Assembly (NCBI GenBank): GCA_030835925.1
Contig: JAURQW010000016.1
Coordinates: forward strand, 4,731 to 68,730
Length of the DNA stretch: 64,000 bases
Source: Gammaproteobacteria bacterium
GTDB taxonomy: Bacteria > Pseudomonadota > Gammaproteobacteria > GCA-002705445 > GCA-002716945
Direction: 5' to 3'
Shown piece by piece: positions 20,180 through 30,833 of this stretch. The notes under the pieces are model-generated. The model did no database searches, was not told the origin of the DNA, and saw nothing but the letters and a program-made list of their open reading frames with translations. The position numbers and the translations under genes are program-made. Every line of letters begins with the position of its first letter. Position 1 is the stretch's first letter.

Positions 20180-21573
20180 ACAATCTCTTCCCTAAGAAGT
20201 TTCTTTACCATGTTAACATCGTTTTCAAGTATAATCATTTCTTCTTTCATATTCATAATTGATTTTACTTTATCTGTTACAAAATTATCATTATTCAGTA
20301 AATTCATTACAGTATCTTTAAACTTTGCCGGATGTGCAGTAGATAAAATAACCTGTAAATTATATTCATCTGTACATTTTTCTGATGATGCTAAAGCGAC
20401 GGAAGTGTGTGGATCAATGATTGTTTTCAAGTTTTCGTATGCATTGATTATAGTAGAATTAACTTCATCTTGATTTACAGAAAAAGAACAGAAATGCTCT
20501 CTTATTTTATCTAGAATCTCATCATCTAACTCATAAGTACCTGTAGTTTTTAGTTCAATCATCAAGTCAGAGACAACAGCTGGGTCACCAATGATATCAA
20601 ACAAAAGTCTTTCGAAATTACTAGATATTTGAATATCAATACTTGGAGAAGAGGTTTCCTTAACCTTTCTTAATTCATGTTTTCCAGAATTCAATGTTCT
20701 TGTCAAAATATCATTATCATTTGTTGCTATGTTCAGCATATCTATTTTCAATCCCATTTTTTTTGCAATATACCCAGCTAATATATCTCCAAAGTTCCCA
20801 GTAGGAACTGAAAAAAGGACTTTCTTATCAACAGTATCAATTCTGCTGAATGTATAGAAATAATACACCATTTGACACATTATTCTCGCCCAATTAATAG
20901 AGTTTATTGCAGTCAAATTTTTAGATTTTTTAAAATCCTCATCAGAAAATATCTCTTTAATTATATTTTGACAATCGTCAAAACTACCTTTAATGGCAAT
21001 ATTAAAAATATTATCTGATTTTACTGTTGTCATAAATTTACGCTGTACTTCAGATATTTTTTGATATGGATGCAATATAAAAACTCTAGAGGATTGGACG
21101 CTCTTAAAGCCCTCGATAGCTGCGGCTCCTGTGTCCCCGGAGGTCGCGCCCAGTATATTTATTGTTTTATTATTCTCTGAAAGATAATAATCCATTAGCT
21201 GGGATATAAATTGCATTGCAACATCTTTAAATGCGTATGTTGGTCCATGGTATAATTCTAGCAAGTATTTATTATCAGCAATTTTAGACAGTGGAGTAAT
21301 ATCTTTGTGATCAAAGCAGCTGTATGACTTTTCAATGATGTCTCTAAGATCTTGAGATGATATCGAGTCATCTATATAAAGCTTAATAACCTCATAGGCA
21401 ATTTCTTGATACGATAAAGATTTGAAACTTGAAAGAGTTTTTTCATCTATTATGGGCCACTCATTCGGTATGTATAGGCCACCATCAGAGGCTAATCCTT
21501 CAAATATTACATCTTTGAAGCCCAGCTCTTTGCTTTGACCTCTAGTGCTAATATATTTGATATTATTTTTCAT
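20176..21573 (-). CDS. thrC: Threonine synthase
   Basis: PLP-enzyme motifs of the long ThrC subfamily (HGPTYAFKD lysine region). Directly downstream of hom. Confidence 0.9.
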   Translation of the reverse strand: MKNNIKYISTRGQSKELGFKDVIFEGLASDGGLYIPNEWPIIDEKTLSSFKSLSYQEIAYEVIKLYIDDSISSQDLRDIIEKSYSCFDHKDITPLSKIADNKYLLELYHGPTYAFKDVAMQFISQLMDYYLSENNKTINILGATSGDTGAAAIEGFKSVQSSRVFILHPYQKISEVQRKFMTTVKSDNIFNIAIKGSFDDCQNIIKEIFSDEDFKKSKNLTAINSINWARIMCQMVYYFYTFSRIDTVDKKVLFSVPTGNFGDILAGYIAKKMGLKIDMLNIATNDNDILTRTLNSGKHELRKVKETSSPSIDIQISSNFERLLFDIIGDPAVVSDLMIELKTTGTYELDDEILDKIREHFCSFSVNQDEVNSTIINAYENLKTIIDPHTSVALASSEKCTDEYNLQVILSTAHPAKFKDTVMNLLNNDNFVTDKVKSIMNMKEEMIILENDVNMVKKLLREEIV

Positions 21574-22861
21574 CTGATTTTAATACTCTAATGGAAAAAA
21601 CACTTTCTTTGACATGCTCTAGATTTTCAATTTTTTTAATAGAGTTTTTTACCGATAAATAGCTGACTGAGTTAGTTATCATAACTATAGGTATAAGGGA
21701 ATTTTTATCAGCTGGCTCATGCTGAGTGACCGCCTCTATACTTATTGACTCCTTGGCTAATATTTTTGTAATTTCAGCCATTACACCAGAAATATCCTCA
21801 GCATATATTCTCATGTAAAATGGACTACTAATGTCGTTATAATTTTTAATTGATATGTTATTTGAAGCCGAATTATTTGATATATGAATACTACTAATAT
21901 CAACTCCCGTTGCAAAATTTATGGCATCTACTAAATTTGATATCACTGCTGATGCTGTTGCTTTGCCGCCAGCACCATTACCATATAACATGGAGGTTCC
22001 AAATCTGTCGCCTTTAACCATTAAAGCATTCATTACACCGCCAACATTAGAAAATATATTTTCTTTTTCTATTAAAACTGGGTGAGCCATGCATTCGATA
22101 GACTCGTCTACTTTTCTTGAAATACCAACATGTTTAATACAATAACCTAATTCGCTAGCAAATTTGATATCCATCGAGGTTATATTCTCAATACCCTGGA
22201 TATATGTTTTTTTCAGAGGCGACTTAATTTTGTATACTAATGAAGATAAGATGGATATCTTATGAGCAGCATCCATACCATTGATATCAAATGTTGGGTC
22301 TGCCTCAGCATATCCTAATTCTTTGGCTGAAGATAATGCATCATCGAACGACATGTCACATGAAGCCATCTGATCTAGTATATAATTGCAAGTACCATTA
22401 ATTATGCCTACAAGAGAAATAATATTCTCATTCGCCATATTTTTATTAATAGTATTAATAATTGGTATAGCACCAGCTACAGATGCTTCGAAACCAAAAT
22501 AGACATTATTTTCTTTTGCAAGCTGGAAAATTTCATCGCCATGCTCAGCTATAAGGGCTTTGTTTGCAGTTATAATATGTTTTTTATTTCTAATGGACTC
22601 GGTTATTATTTTATATGGGAGATCTATGCCACCAAGTAATTCAATAATGATATCAATATTTGAGTCTGCAGGAAGATCCAATGGATCTTTTGTTACTATG
22701 GTATCCTTAGGATACTCTTTTTTATCTATAGATCTATCTGCTATTCTGGCAATAGTAAAGTCGGAGGATACATTTGATCTTATCTTTTTATTATATGACA
22801 AAACATGATCAACTAAGCTTTGACCCACTGTTCCATAACCACAAATACCTATTTTTAACAT
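21563..22861 (-). CDS. hom: Homoserine dehydrogenase
   Basis: NAD(P) Rossmann N-terminus IGICGYGTVG, catalytic domain and C-terminal ACT domain. Confidence 0.9.
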   Translation of the reverse strand: MLKIGICGYGTVGQSLVDHVLSYNKKIRSNVSSDFTIARIADRSIDKKEYPKDTIVTKDPLDLPADSNIDIIIELLGGIDLPYKIITESIRNKKHIITANKALIAEHGDEIFQLAKENNVYFGFEASVAGAIPIINTINKNMANENIISLVGIINGTCNYILDQMASCDMSFDDALSSAKELGYAEADPTFDINGMDAAHKISILSSLVYKIKSPLKKTYIQGIENITSMDIKFASELGYCIKHVGISRKVDESIECMAHPVLIEKENIFSNVGGVMNALMVKGDRFGTSMLYGNGAGGKATASAVISNLVDAINFATGVDISSIHISNNSASNNISIKNYNDISSPFYMRIYAEDISGVMAEITKILAKESISIEAVTQHEPADKNSLIPIVMITNSVSYLSVKNSIKKIENLEHVKESVFSIRVLKSDEK

Positions 22862-22923
22862 ATGCTACTCTATCCATTAAAAAACTATATATTATCATTA
22901 ATTGATTTATAATTCTTATTATA

Positions 22924-23289
22924 ATGGAACTTACTTTACAAACTAATAAGTCTGCTTTATTTATAAAAAACTATGAAAATAGTTGTTTGTATATAGCCGA
23001 TAAAGTATATGATCACAATATAGTAATTATTGAAAATATTATATCGAAATGGAATATTGATAATATTTCTAACCTAAAAATAGATGATTTTGAGGATATT
23101 ATGAATACAAAACCTGAAATTATTATTATAGGAACAGGTAGAGAACCTATTATACCAAAAGTAGAAATAATAAAGAATATACAAGATAGGCAGATTGGTG
23201 TTGAGTTTATGAGGACTGAATCAGCATGTAAAACATTTAATTTATTATTATCTGAGGAGAGAAATGTAGCTTGTATTTTGCAGGTTTAA
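22924..23289 (+). CDS. Mth938-like (DUF498) domain protein
   Basis: About 120 aa with IIIIGTG ... ACKTFNLLLSEERNVACIL, matching the Mth938/NDUFAF3-like pattern. Confidence 0.6.
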   Translation: MELTLQTNKSALFIKNYENSCLYIADKVYDHNIVIIENIISKWNIDNISNLKIDDFEDIMNTKPEIIIIGTGREPIIPKVEIIKNIQDRQIGVEFMRTESACKTFNLLLSEERNVACILQV

Positions 23290-23825
23290 ATAAGCAATAC
23301 AAAAAATATGAGAGTAAATGCGGCTATATAAAGAAAGTATCTATTAATATAATCAATCATGTATGCTCCGTATCTATCTGAAACATAAGATACTAGATAA
23401 AATCTTAATCCTCTCCCTATAAAAGATATAATTATAAAAAGTAAAAGGTTAATGCTTAAAAAGCCAGCCGTGATCACAAATACCTTATAAGGTAGTGGTG
23501 TAAAACTAGAAATAAAAAGTATTATGACTCCATAATGCACGAAATACTCTTTTGCTGTATCAAAGTGATCAGAGTATCCATAAGCTGATATGTATGGATT
23601 AAGTTCTAGAAACAGAAAACTCCCAAGAAGATATCCTACTACGCCTCCTAAAACCGACATATAAGTAGCAATAAAAGCTAAGCTAGCCCAGTTGTAAGAT
23701 TTTGAGATAGCCATTGGAATCAGAAGAACATCGGTTGGTATAGGGAAAAATATTGATTCAATAAAGCTAAGAAAGCCTAGTATTTTTTTTGACTTAAAAA
23801 ATAATATTTTCTCTTTGATAGACAC
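23286..23825 (-). CDS. YqaA/DedA (VTT domain) family membrane protein
   Basis: FLSFIESIFFPIPTDVLLIPMAI matches the DedA/VTT signature. Small polytopic membrane protein. Confidence 0.6.
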   Translation of the reverse strand: MSIKEKILFFKSKKILGFLSFIESIFFPIPTDVLLIPMAISKSYNWASLAFIATYMSVLGGVVGYLLGSFLFLELNPYISAYGYSDHFDTAKEYFVHYGVIILFISSFTPLPYKVFVITAGFLSINLLLFIIISFIGRGLRFYLVSYVSDRYGAYMIDYINRYFLYIAAFTLIFFVLLI

Positions 23826-23829
23826 CTTA

Positions 23830-24474
23830 TCAGCTCACTCCCTCTAGCATTGGTACGAATAGAACATCATCGACTTCTTTTTTTAATAGTCCATTTTTAG
23901 TATTTTTAATCCTAAATAGTTTTTGAGATCCATTAATATTTAAAGGCAAAATAATTCTACCTGATGGTTTAAGTTGGTTAACCAGACCTGATGGGATTTC
24001 ATTTGGAGATGCAGTCATAATGATAGCATCGTAGGGTGAATTCGATTTATGACCATGAAAACCATCGCCATGCAAAAAAGTTATATTATTATAATTAAAA
24101 TCGCTTAATCTTTTTTTAGCCGTTAAATGCAGAGATTTTATTCGCTCTATAGTAGTAACAGAAGTAAAAAGCTTTGATAAAATTGATGTCTGATAACCGC
24201 AACCAGTTCCAATCTCAAGAACATTTTTCATTTTATTGTCTTCATATATTAGTTGGGTCATCTTAGCCACAATAGTTGGAGAAGAAATTGTTTGATCAAA
24301 ACCAATGGGAAGTGCATCATCATCATATGCTCTTGGATGAAAAGCTGGATCCACATATGAGTGCCTTGGTACATCTAAGATTGCATTTAATACATCTTGA
24401 TTAGTAATTCCGGCTCCTTTGAGATAATCAACTAACTTAGATCGTTTCTCATTAAAGATATTGTCATTAGTCAT
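23830..24474 (-). CDS. pcm: Protein-L-isoaspartate O-methyltransferase
   Basis: SAM motif VLEIGTGCGYQTS and PIMT family pattern. Lies in the surE-pcm pair. Confidence 0.9.
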   Translation of the reverse strand: MTNDNIFNEKRSKLVDYLKGAGITNQDVLNAILDVPRHSYVDPAFHPRAYDDDALPIGFDQTISSPTIVAKMTQLIYEDNKMKNVLEIGTGCGYQTSILSKLFTSVTTIERIKSLHLTAKKRLSDFNYNNITFLHGDGFHGHKSNSPYDAIIMTASPNEIPSGLVNQLKPSGRIILPLNINGSQKLFRIKNTKNGLLKKEVDDVLFVPMLEGVS

Positions 24475-24489
24475 AAATATTATAATAGC

Positions 24490-25227
24490 TTATTTTGGTT
24501 TATATATTCTATTAATTATTTTTTTATGGTCACACATGTCTATCGTTAGGGGTGTGATTGATATATATTTTGACTTGATTGCATTGAAATCATTAGATTT
24601 ATCTGATTTTACTGCTGTGCCAACAGGCCCAATACTTGCTAGAATCTTCTGGTTAGAGCTTGTAATGTTTGGCTTATGAGACGTTTTTCTATTACCCAAG
24701 CTTGTGTATTTAATGCCTTTTATTTTATTGAAAGGAATATCCGGGATATTTATATTAAAGATATTTTTTGATCTATATTTTTTATTAAAAATATGCGACA
24801 AAATAAATTCGAGCTTTTCATCAATATCCGATAGATACTTTGGTTCTCTTGATGTTATGGAAATTGATATAGGTGAATACTTAAGATTTCTTCCCTCAAT
24901 TGCCCCTGCAACAGTACCTGAATAAATCACATCATCTCCTAGATTACTACCAAAATTAATACCTGAAAATACAATATCAGGTAATTTCTTGAGAACGCCT
25001 TTTGAAATAATATGAACACAATCTGCTGGTGTACCTTTTATCACATAGAAGTCTTTAGATGGATTTTTAATCTCTACTTTTGTATGAACTGATAATGATG
25101 AACTGCATGCACTCATGTTTTTGATAGGAGCAGCTTGCACAATTTCTCCATATTGTGATAAGGCATTATGAAGATATTTAATACCAAGCGATCTATATCC
25201 ATCATCATTAGTTAACAATATTTTCAT
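24490..25227 (-). CDS. surE: 5'/3'-nucleotidase SurE
   Basis: N-terminal MKILLTNDDG metal-binding motif. Confidence 0.9.
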   Translation of the reverse strand: MKILLTNDDGYRSLGIKYLHNALSQYGEIVQAAPIKNMSACSSSLSVHTKVEIKNPSKDFYVIKGTPADCVHIISKGVLKKLPDIVFSGINFGSNLGDDVIYSGTVAGAIEGRNLKYSPISISITSREPKYLSDIDEKLEFILSHIFNKKYRSKNIFNINIPDIPFNKIKGIKYTSLGNRKTSHKPNITSSNQKILASIGPVGTAVKSDKSNDFNAIKSKYISITPLTIDMCDHKKIINRIYKPK

Positions 25228-25291
25228 AAATTTACTATAAATACATATTTTACATTATACTTAGTAAAAAACTAGATAATTATATTAAGCT

Positions 25292-25795
25292 ATGAATGAT
25301 AAATCTGAATTTGAAAAGTTATTAAAAAAATCATTAGCAGACGTAACAGATATATTAGAAGAAAAGTCAGGTGAAGTTTATTCTGACGGGTATACTAAAT
25401 CTTATCATAGGACCTTAGTCAGCCATGATGATCTTTATGAAGATATAGAGGATGTTGATTTTGTCCATAAGAAACCCGGTATACAACAGAAAATATCTAA
25501 TGAACTCAAAACAAAAAAATTTAATTTTAAAGATAATCATATATTAGATCTTCATGGTTTTAATCCAGTTCAAGCAGAAGAACAAATAAATATTTTTCTA
25601 GAGTATCACTATAACAGAAATACAAAATATGTATTAATAATCCATGGCAAGGGGACAAAAAATCAAAGCAAAAAAGCTCCAATAAAAAATTTAGTAGAAA
25701 AAATCATACTCGCTTCTCCATATGTTTTGGCAGCAAATTCTGCCAACAAGAACACTGGGGGGCGTGGTGCTACAGTGTTATTAATAAAAAAGTAA
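25292..25795 (+). CDS. Smr-domain protein
   Basis: C-terminal Smr pattern LDLHG...A......L.......VLIIHGKG. Confidence 0.7.
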   Translation: MNDKSEFEKLLKKSLADVTDILEEKSGEVYSDGYTKSYHRTLVSHDDLYEDIEDVDFVHKKPGIQQKISNELKTKKFNFKDNHILDLHGFNPVQAEEQINIFLEYHYNRNTKYVLIIHGKGTKNQSKKAPIKNLVEKIILASPYVLAANSANKNTGGRGATVLLIKK

Positions 25796-25797
25796 TT

Positions 25798-26508
25798 TTA
25801 AATATATTTTGATATTTTTTGAATATCTATATATCTATAAGACTTATATTTTAAATCTCCCAGACTAATATCTCCATAACTAATTCTCTTGAGACTTAAT
25901 ACCCTACAATTAAGTTTCTCAAATATTCTTCTAACTTCCCTATTTTTACCACTCATGAGTTGAACTTGAAACTTATTCGATGATAACTTATCGTTGATGA
26001 CATTAACAAATTTACCTATCTCTGAATTTCCAATTTCAATGCCAGCCATAGATAGTTTTATTTTCGATATATCAAAATTTCCCTTAATAACAACCTCATA
26101 GGTTCGTTTAATATTTGAAGAAGGATGCATTAACTTGTTTGCGATATCTCCATTATTGGTAAATAACATTAATCCTGATGTTTTATAATCTAGCCGACCA
26201 ATATTAATCCATTTTCCATAAACGTCTGGTAAATTCTTAAAAACTGATTTTCGCTTTTGAGGATCATCTCTAGAAACTATTTCATCTATAGGTTTATGGT
26301 ACATAAGAAGTTTAGTATCAATATTTAAAAGATCTTCTGTAATAATATAGTCATGATTATCAAAAGATATCTTATCCCCGATACTAACGGTAGCACCTAA
26401 ATCAATAGGAATGTTATTAACAAATACAAGACCTAGCTTAATATTTTTCTCACATTCTCGTCTTGATAAGACGCCTAATAAGGATAAAATTTTTTGAACT
26501 CTATACAT
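25798..26508 (-). CDS. rsuA: rRNA pseudouridine synthase, RsuA/RluB family
   Basis: N-terminal S4 domain plus catalytic GRLDYKTSGLMLFTNNG motif. The 236 aa length fits RsuA. Confidence 0.7.
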   Translation of the reverse strand: MYRVQKILSLLGVLSRRECEKNIKLGLVFVNNIPIDLGATVSIGDKISFDNHDYIITEDLLNIDTKLLMYHKPIDEIVSRDDPQKRKSVFKNLPDVYGKWINIGRLDYKTSGLMLFTNNGDIANKLMHPSSNIKRTYEVVIKGNFDISKIKLSMAGIEIGNSEIGKFVNVINDKLSSNKFQVQLMSGKNREVRRIFEKLNCRVLSLKRISYGDISLGDLKYKSYRYIDIQKISKYI

Positions 26509-26553
26509 TTTATAAATTATTGATTATATTATATTTATATATTTCTTTAAAAA

Positions 26554-27054
26554 ATGAAAACATTAAACATTATAATCATAATCGTATCAGATACACGAAC
26601 AACTGCTACTGATAAATCTGGAAAAAAACTCAAAAAGTTAATCTCGACATCGGGACATAATGTGGTAAAAAAAATCATTGTACCTGATAACATCTATCAA
26701 ATTAGACATGTAGTATCAATGTATATTGCTCATAAAAATATTGATGTAATAATAACATCTGGTGGCACTGGTATAACAGGTAGAGATGGTACACCAGAAG
26801 CAGTAAGCATATTACTGGATAAGAAAATAGAGGGCTTTGGAGAGATATTTAGATCCATTTCATATGAAAAAATAAAATCATCTAGTATTCAAACAAGAGC
26901 CTTAGCTGGTGTTGCTAATTCCAAATTTATATTCGTATTACCAGGCTCACTTGATGCATGCACTACAGCATGGGATAGGATAATAAAATATCAATTGGAT
27001 GATAGAACCAAACCATGCAACTTAGTAATGCTAATGCCACGGTTAAAAGAATAA
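26554..27054 (+). CDS. moaB: Molybdenum cofactor biosynthesis protein B
   Basis: MoCF-biosynthesis fold with GGTGITGRDGTPEA motif. Length is 166 aa. Confidence 0.75.
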   Translation: MKTLNIIIIIVSDTRTTATDKSGKKLKKLISTSGHNVVKKIIVPDNIYQIRHVVSMYIAHKNIDVIITSGGTGITGRDGTPEAVSILLDKKIEGFGEIFRSISYEKIKSSSIQTRALAGVANSKFIFVLPGSLDACTTAWDRIIKYQLDDRTKPCNLVMLMPRLKE

Positions 27055-27582
27055 TTACTCAGTATTTAGCTCAGATGGCGGGGGTAAATCACTTAAAGAT
27101 TTTAAATTAAAGTAGTCCAAGAATTTCTTAGTTGTAGCAAGCAACTCTGGCTTGCCTGGCGATTCTTTATGACCTACCACTTTAATCCACTCAAATTCAA
27201 TCATATTTCTAATAATTTGCGGATTAACAGATACTCCTCGTATGTCTTCAATATCCCCTCTTGTTACGGGCTGTTTGTATGCGATGATCACTAATGTTTC
27301 AAGAAATGCTTTTGAATATCTTGTTGATGATTGTTTATTTAATTTTGACAACCATTGATCATAGCCAGGTCTAACTTGAAGCCTATACCCACTTGCAACC
27401 AATACGATCTCAAAAGCATTATCCTTGTAACTCTCATTTAATTTATCAACTATTTGCTTAATTTCATTTTTAGAAGGCTTATTATCATCGAAAAGGTTAG
27501 CTATCTCTTGGAGCGTCAAGGGCTCATGAGAAACCATTAGGGCCCCTTCAATAATCTTCTGTAAAGAATGTTGTTTGTTCAT
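27055..27582 (-). CDS. scpB: Segregation and condensation protein B
   Basis: ScpB tandem winged-helix pattern. Immediately downstream of scpA with a 4-nt overlap. Confidence 0.85.
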   Translation of the reverse strand: MNKQHSLQKIIEGALMVSHEPLTLQEIANLFDDNKPSKNEIKQIVDKLNESYKDNAFEIVLVASGYRLQVRPGYDQWLSKLNKQSSTRYSKAFLETLVIIAYKQPVTRGDIEDIRGVSVNPQIIRNMIEFEWIKVVGHKESPGKPELLATTKKFLDYFNLKSLSDLPPPSELNTE

Positions 27583-28370
27583 GATGTTTTTGTTTGAAGA
27601 TATATTATTGAAAAATCTTCATTCTGTATTATATCAATCAAACTCTCTTTTACCATTTCTAAAATAGCCAAAAAGGTTACTATGGCTCCCATCCTTCCTT
27701 CTGAATAAGTAAAACACTCAGTGAATTTAATAGTACCATTTTTATTAATATTAATTAATATGCTAGACATTCTCTCTCTTACAGATAAAGTTTCTGATTC
27801 AATAGTATGGCTCGCATATATTTCAGCCCTTTTCAGGACATCCTGAAAAGCTGCTTCCAATTGATCAAGTTTTAGCTTTGGCAAGTTATCTGTTTTATTA
27901 AAATTAGTCATTATTCCTGAAATAACAAATGTATCTCGATTACGCCTAGGTATCACATCAAGTTTTTCAGACAAATCTTTATACTTTTGGTACTCCATTA
28001 GTCGTTTAATTAGATTTGCCCTCGGATCTTCTTCCTCCTCATCTTCAATATCATTCGGTACTAACATTTTTGATTTTATTTCAGCTAGAGTTGCAGCCAT
28101 AACCAGATAATCTGATGCCAATTCAAACTGCATTTGTTGCATCATGTTAATATAGTTAACATATTGGGTAGTAATAGGTAAAATTGGAATATCTATAATA
28201 TCTATATTTTGCTTTTTAATAAGATATAACAATAAATCTAATGGGCCTTCAAATTGTTCTAAAATCACCCTTAAAGCATCAGGCGGTATAAACAAATCTT
28301 CTGGTATATCTGTAATTTCCTTGCCATTGAGAGTTATATCAAAATTATTTTCAAACATATAACTATTCAC
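27579..28370 (-). CDS. scpA: Segregation and condensation protein A
   Basis: FEGPLDLLLYLIKKQNIDIIDIPI kleisin N-terminus. Confidence 0.85.
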   Translation of the reverse strand: MNSYMFENNFDITLNGKEITDIPEDLFIPPDALRVILEQFEGPLDLLLYLIKKQNIDIIDIPILPITTQYVNYINMMQQMQFELASDYLVMAATLAEIKSKMLVPNDIEDEEEEDPRANLIKRLMEYQKYKDLSEKLDVIPRRNRDTFVISGIMTNFNKTDNLPKLKLDQLEAAFQDVLKRAEIYASHTIESETLSVRERMSSILININKNGTIKFTECFTYSEGRMGAIVTFLAILEMVKESLIDIIQNEDFSIIYLQTKTS

Positions 28371-29364
28371 TCATTCCAATTATCTTATATAGATCTTTAA
28401 TTTTTTGTTTTGCTATCTGTCTAGCATTATCGGAGCCTTTTTTTAGTATATTATCCAAATAATCCTGATCATTTAACAATTCTTTGGTTTTTATAGCTAT
28501 TGGCTCAACTATAGAAATAATAACTTTTGTTAACTCATTCTTGAAACTAGAGATTTCTTTTCCAGAAAAATCAGAAATTATAATATCTTTGCTCTCGCCT
28601 GAGCATGCACAATAAATATTCAATAGGTTTTCTATTTCTGGTCTGTTACCAGCCTCCTCAGAAGAGCTTGGCATATTCATTGAATCAGTTTTAGCTTTTT
28701 TAATTTTGATAGTAATTTCATCATTAGAATCTGTCATTAATATTCTTGAATATTCTGATATATCAGATTTACTCATTTTTTTGCTACCATCTCTGAGACT
28801 CATGATTCTAGTAGAAGATTTATTCAAAAGTGGTTCTGGCAATCTAAAGATATCAGTATCATAGTCAGTATTAAATTTATGCGCTATGTCTCTGGCTAGC
28901 TCAAGATGTTGCTTTTGATCATCACCAACAGGGACGTGTGATGCAGAATAAAGCAATATATCAGCAGCCATAAGGATTGGATAAGTGTACAAACCAATCG
29001 AAGCATTTTCTTTATTTTTACCAGCTTTATCTTTGAATTGAGTCATCCTATTTAACCAGCCTACTCTTGCAGTACAATTGAGAATCCATGCCAACTGGGT
29101 ATGTTCAGCAACTTGAGACTGATTAAATATAATATTTTTTGTAGGATCTATGCCCGAAGCTAGGAATATAGCTAATACTTGTCTGGTTCTGTTTAGAAGT
29201 TCTTTGGGATTTTGAGGTATGGTTATAGCATGTAAGTCAACTATCGAAAAAATACTTTTATATTCATCTTGATTGGACACGAATTGTGATATCGCGCCAA
29301 GATAGTTTCCTATGTGTATTTCACCAGTGGGTTGAACACCCGAAAAAATAATTTTGTTACTCAT
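28363..29364 (-). CDS. trpS: Tryptophanyl-tRNA synthetase
   Basis: Class I motifs: HIGH-like GEIHIGNYLG and KMSKS. Confidence 0.95.
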   Translation of the reverse strand: MSNKIIFSGVQPTGEIHIGNYLGAISQFVSNQDEYKSIFSIVDLHAITIPQNPKELLNRTRQVLAIFLASGIDPTKNIIFNQSQVAEHTQLAWILNCTARVGWLNRMTQFKDKAGKNKENASIGLYTYPILMAADILLYSASHVPVGDDQKQHLELARDIAHKFNTDYDTDIFRLPEPLLNKSSTRIMSLRDGSKKMSKSDISEYSRILMTDSNDEITIKIKKAKTDSMNMPSSSEEAGNRPEIENLLNIYCACSGESKDIIISDFSGKEISSFKNELTKVIISIVEPIAIKTKELLNDQDYLDNILKKGSDNARQIAKQKIKDLYKIIGMSE

Positions 29365-29462
29365 GCTTTATAGAACTAATATATACTATAAATAGTTTAT
29401 CATAAAGTCAGATTACTCTCATTTGTTATATATATTCTTAGCTTTTATCATATAATAGTTAT

Positions 29463-29729
29463 ATGAGTGAAAAGCGAATGAAATTAATAAGAGAGAGTCT
29501 AGAAAAACTCAGTCCTTCTTGCGTTGATATTGAAGATGAAGGTCACCTTCACATTGGTCATGCTGGTGCTAAATCTGGAGGGCATTTCAAGCTTAATATA
29601 GTATCGGAATCATTCAAAGACAAAACGACAATAGAGCGGCATAGAATTATATATAAGTGCCTTGGCGATCTAATGAATACAGAAATTCATGCTATTTCTA
29701 TAAAGGCTAAATATAATGACGAAGCTTAA
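29463..29729 (+). CDS. BolA-family protein
   Basis: 88 aa with the BolA signature G.HF...IVS..F.G...IERHR.IY..L. Confidence 0.7.
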   Translation: MSEKRMKLIRESLEKLSPSCVDIEDEGHLHIGHAGAKSGGHFKLNIVSESFKDKTTIERHRIIYKCLGDLMNTEIHAISIKAKYNDEA

Positions 29730-30190
29730 GATAGTATCTTTTTAAAAATTATTGCATCTTGTTTACCATCAGATGTCTGATAATAATTTTTCCTTATAGA
29801 GATTCTTCTGAAATTATGCTTTTCATATAACTTAATCGCTGGAGTATTATCCACTCTAGTCTCTAAAAATATATTTAGAGAATTCATTATGTAGCATTTT
29901 GCAAAAATCATTTCTAATAGATCTGTGGCAATGCCTTTCTGTCTATAATCCTCTGATACGGTTAAGTTCAAAATATGTGTCTCATAAATAGATATTTTAG
30001 AAATTATGTAACCTATTAGATTATTATTATATTCCGCTTTATAAAAATCATAATGATTTACTAGACAATCTCTGAGTATCCCTATTGTCCATGGATGATC
30101 ATAAGAATTTAACTCAAGCTTAAAAATTTTATCAAGGTCAGATAACTTGGCGTCAGTATAATTAATATGTTCAAGTAAGTTAGCAGACAT
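29726..30190 (-). CDS. rimI: GNAT N-acetyltransferase, RimI-like (ribosomal-protein-alanine acetyltransferase)
   Basis: GNAT motif A (YRQKGIATDLL) and a 154 aa length typical of RimI. Confidence 0.65.
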   Translation of the reverse strand: MSANLLEHINYTDAKLSDLDKIFKLELNSYDHPWTIGILRDCLVNHYDFYKAEYNNNLIGYIISKISIYETHILNLTVSEDYRQKGIATDLLEMIFAKCYIMNSLNIFLETRVDNTPAIKLYEKHNFRRISIRKNYYQTSDGKQDAIIFKKILS

Positions 30191-30833
30191 GTTCTTTAAG
30201 TATGTTATTGAGGTACTTTAAATCTTCCCAGACTTCAGATTTTTTGAGTGGACTACGTAATATATATGCTGGATGATAAAAGACAATGGCTGGAGCATCA
30301 TATTTATCAATAAAAAAACTTTTTTGTCTTAAATCAGACATAGGACTTTCATTTTCTAATATATTATTTGCCGCTACCTTGCCAAGCAATATCAATACTT
30401 TAGGTTTTATAGCATTAATTTGACTAGTTAAGAAGGAGGAGCATTTATTTAACTCATCTAAAGACGGGTTACGATTATCAGGTGGTCTGCATTTTACTGT
30501 ATTTGTTATAAATACTTTTTCTCTACCTAAATTAATAGATTGAAGAAAAGCATCTAGTAATTTCCCTGCTCTACCAATAAACGGCTCACCTTGTTCATCT
30601 TCATCTTTCCCGGGAGCTTCTCCTATTATCATTATTTTTGAATCTAATGGACCACTTCCAAATACAGTCTTATTGCGTGTTTTATAAAGGTCGCATTGTT
30701 CACATTTATTAACTATTTTTCTTAGATCATCAAATTCAGAATTAGATGTAGTTATTTTTTCATGTGAGCATTTTTTATACCAGCTTACATCTATATCCAT
30801 TTCACTGAAATATTTATGTAAAATTGAAGACAT
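30180..30833 (-). CDS. Uracil-DNA glycosylase, family 4 (Fe-S type)
   Basis: Motif A GEAPGKDEDEQGEPFIGRAG, motif B HPAYILRSP and Cys residues positioned for a 4Fe-4S cluster. Confidence 0.8.
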   Translation of the reverse strand: MSSILHKYFSEMDIDVSWYKKCSHEKITTSNSEFDDLRKIVNKCEQCDLYKTRNKTVFGSGPLDSKIMIIGEAPGKDEDEQGEPFIGRAGKLLDAFLQSINLGREKVFITNTVKCRPPDNRNPSLDELNKCSSFLTSQINAIKPKVLILLGKVAANNILENESPMSDLRQKSFFIDKYDAPAIVFYHPAYILRSPLKKSEVWEDLKYLNNILKEHVC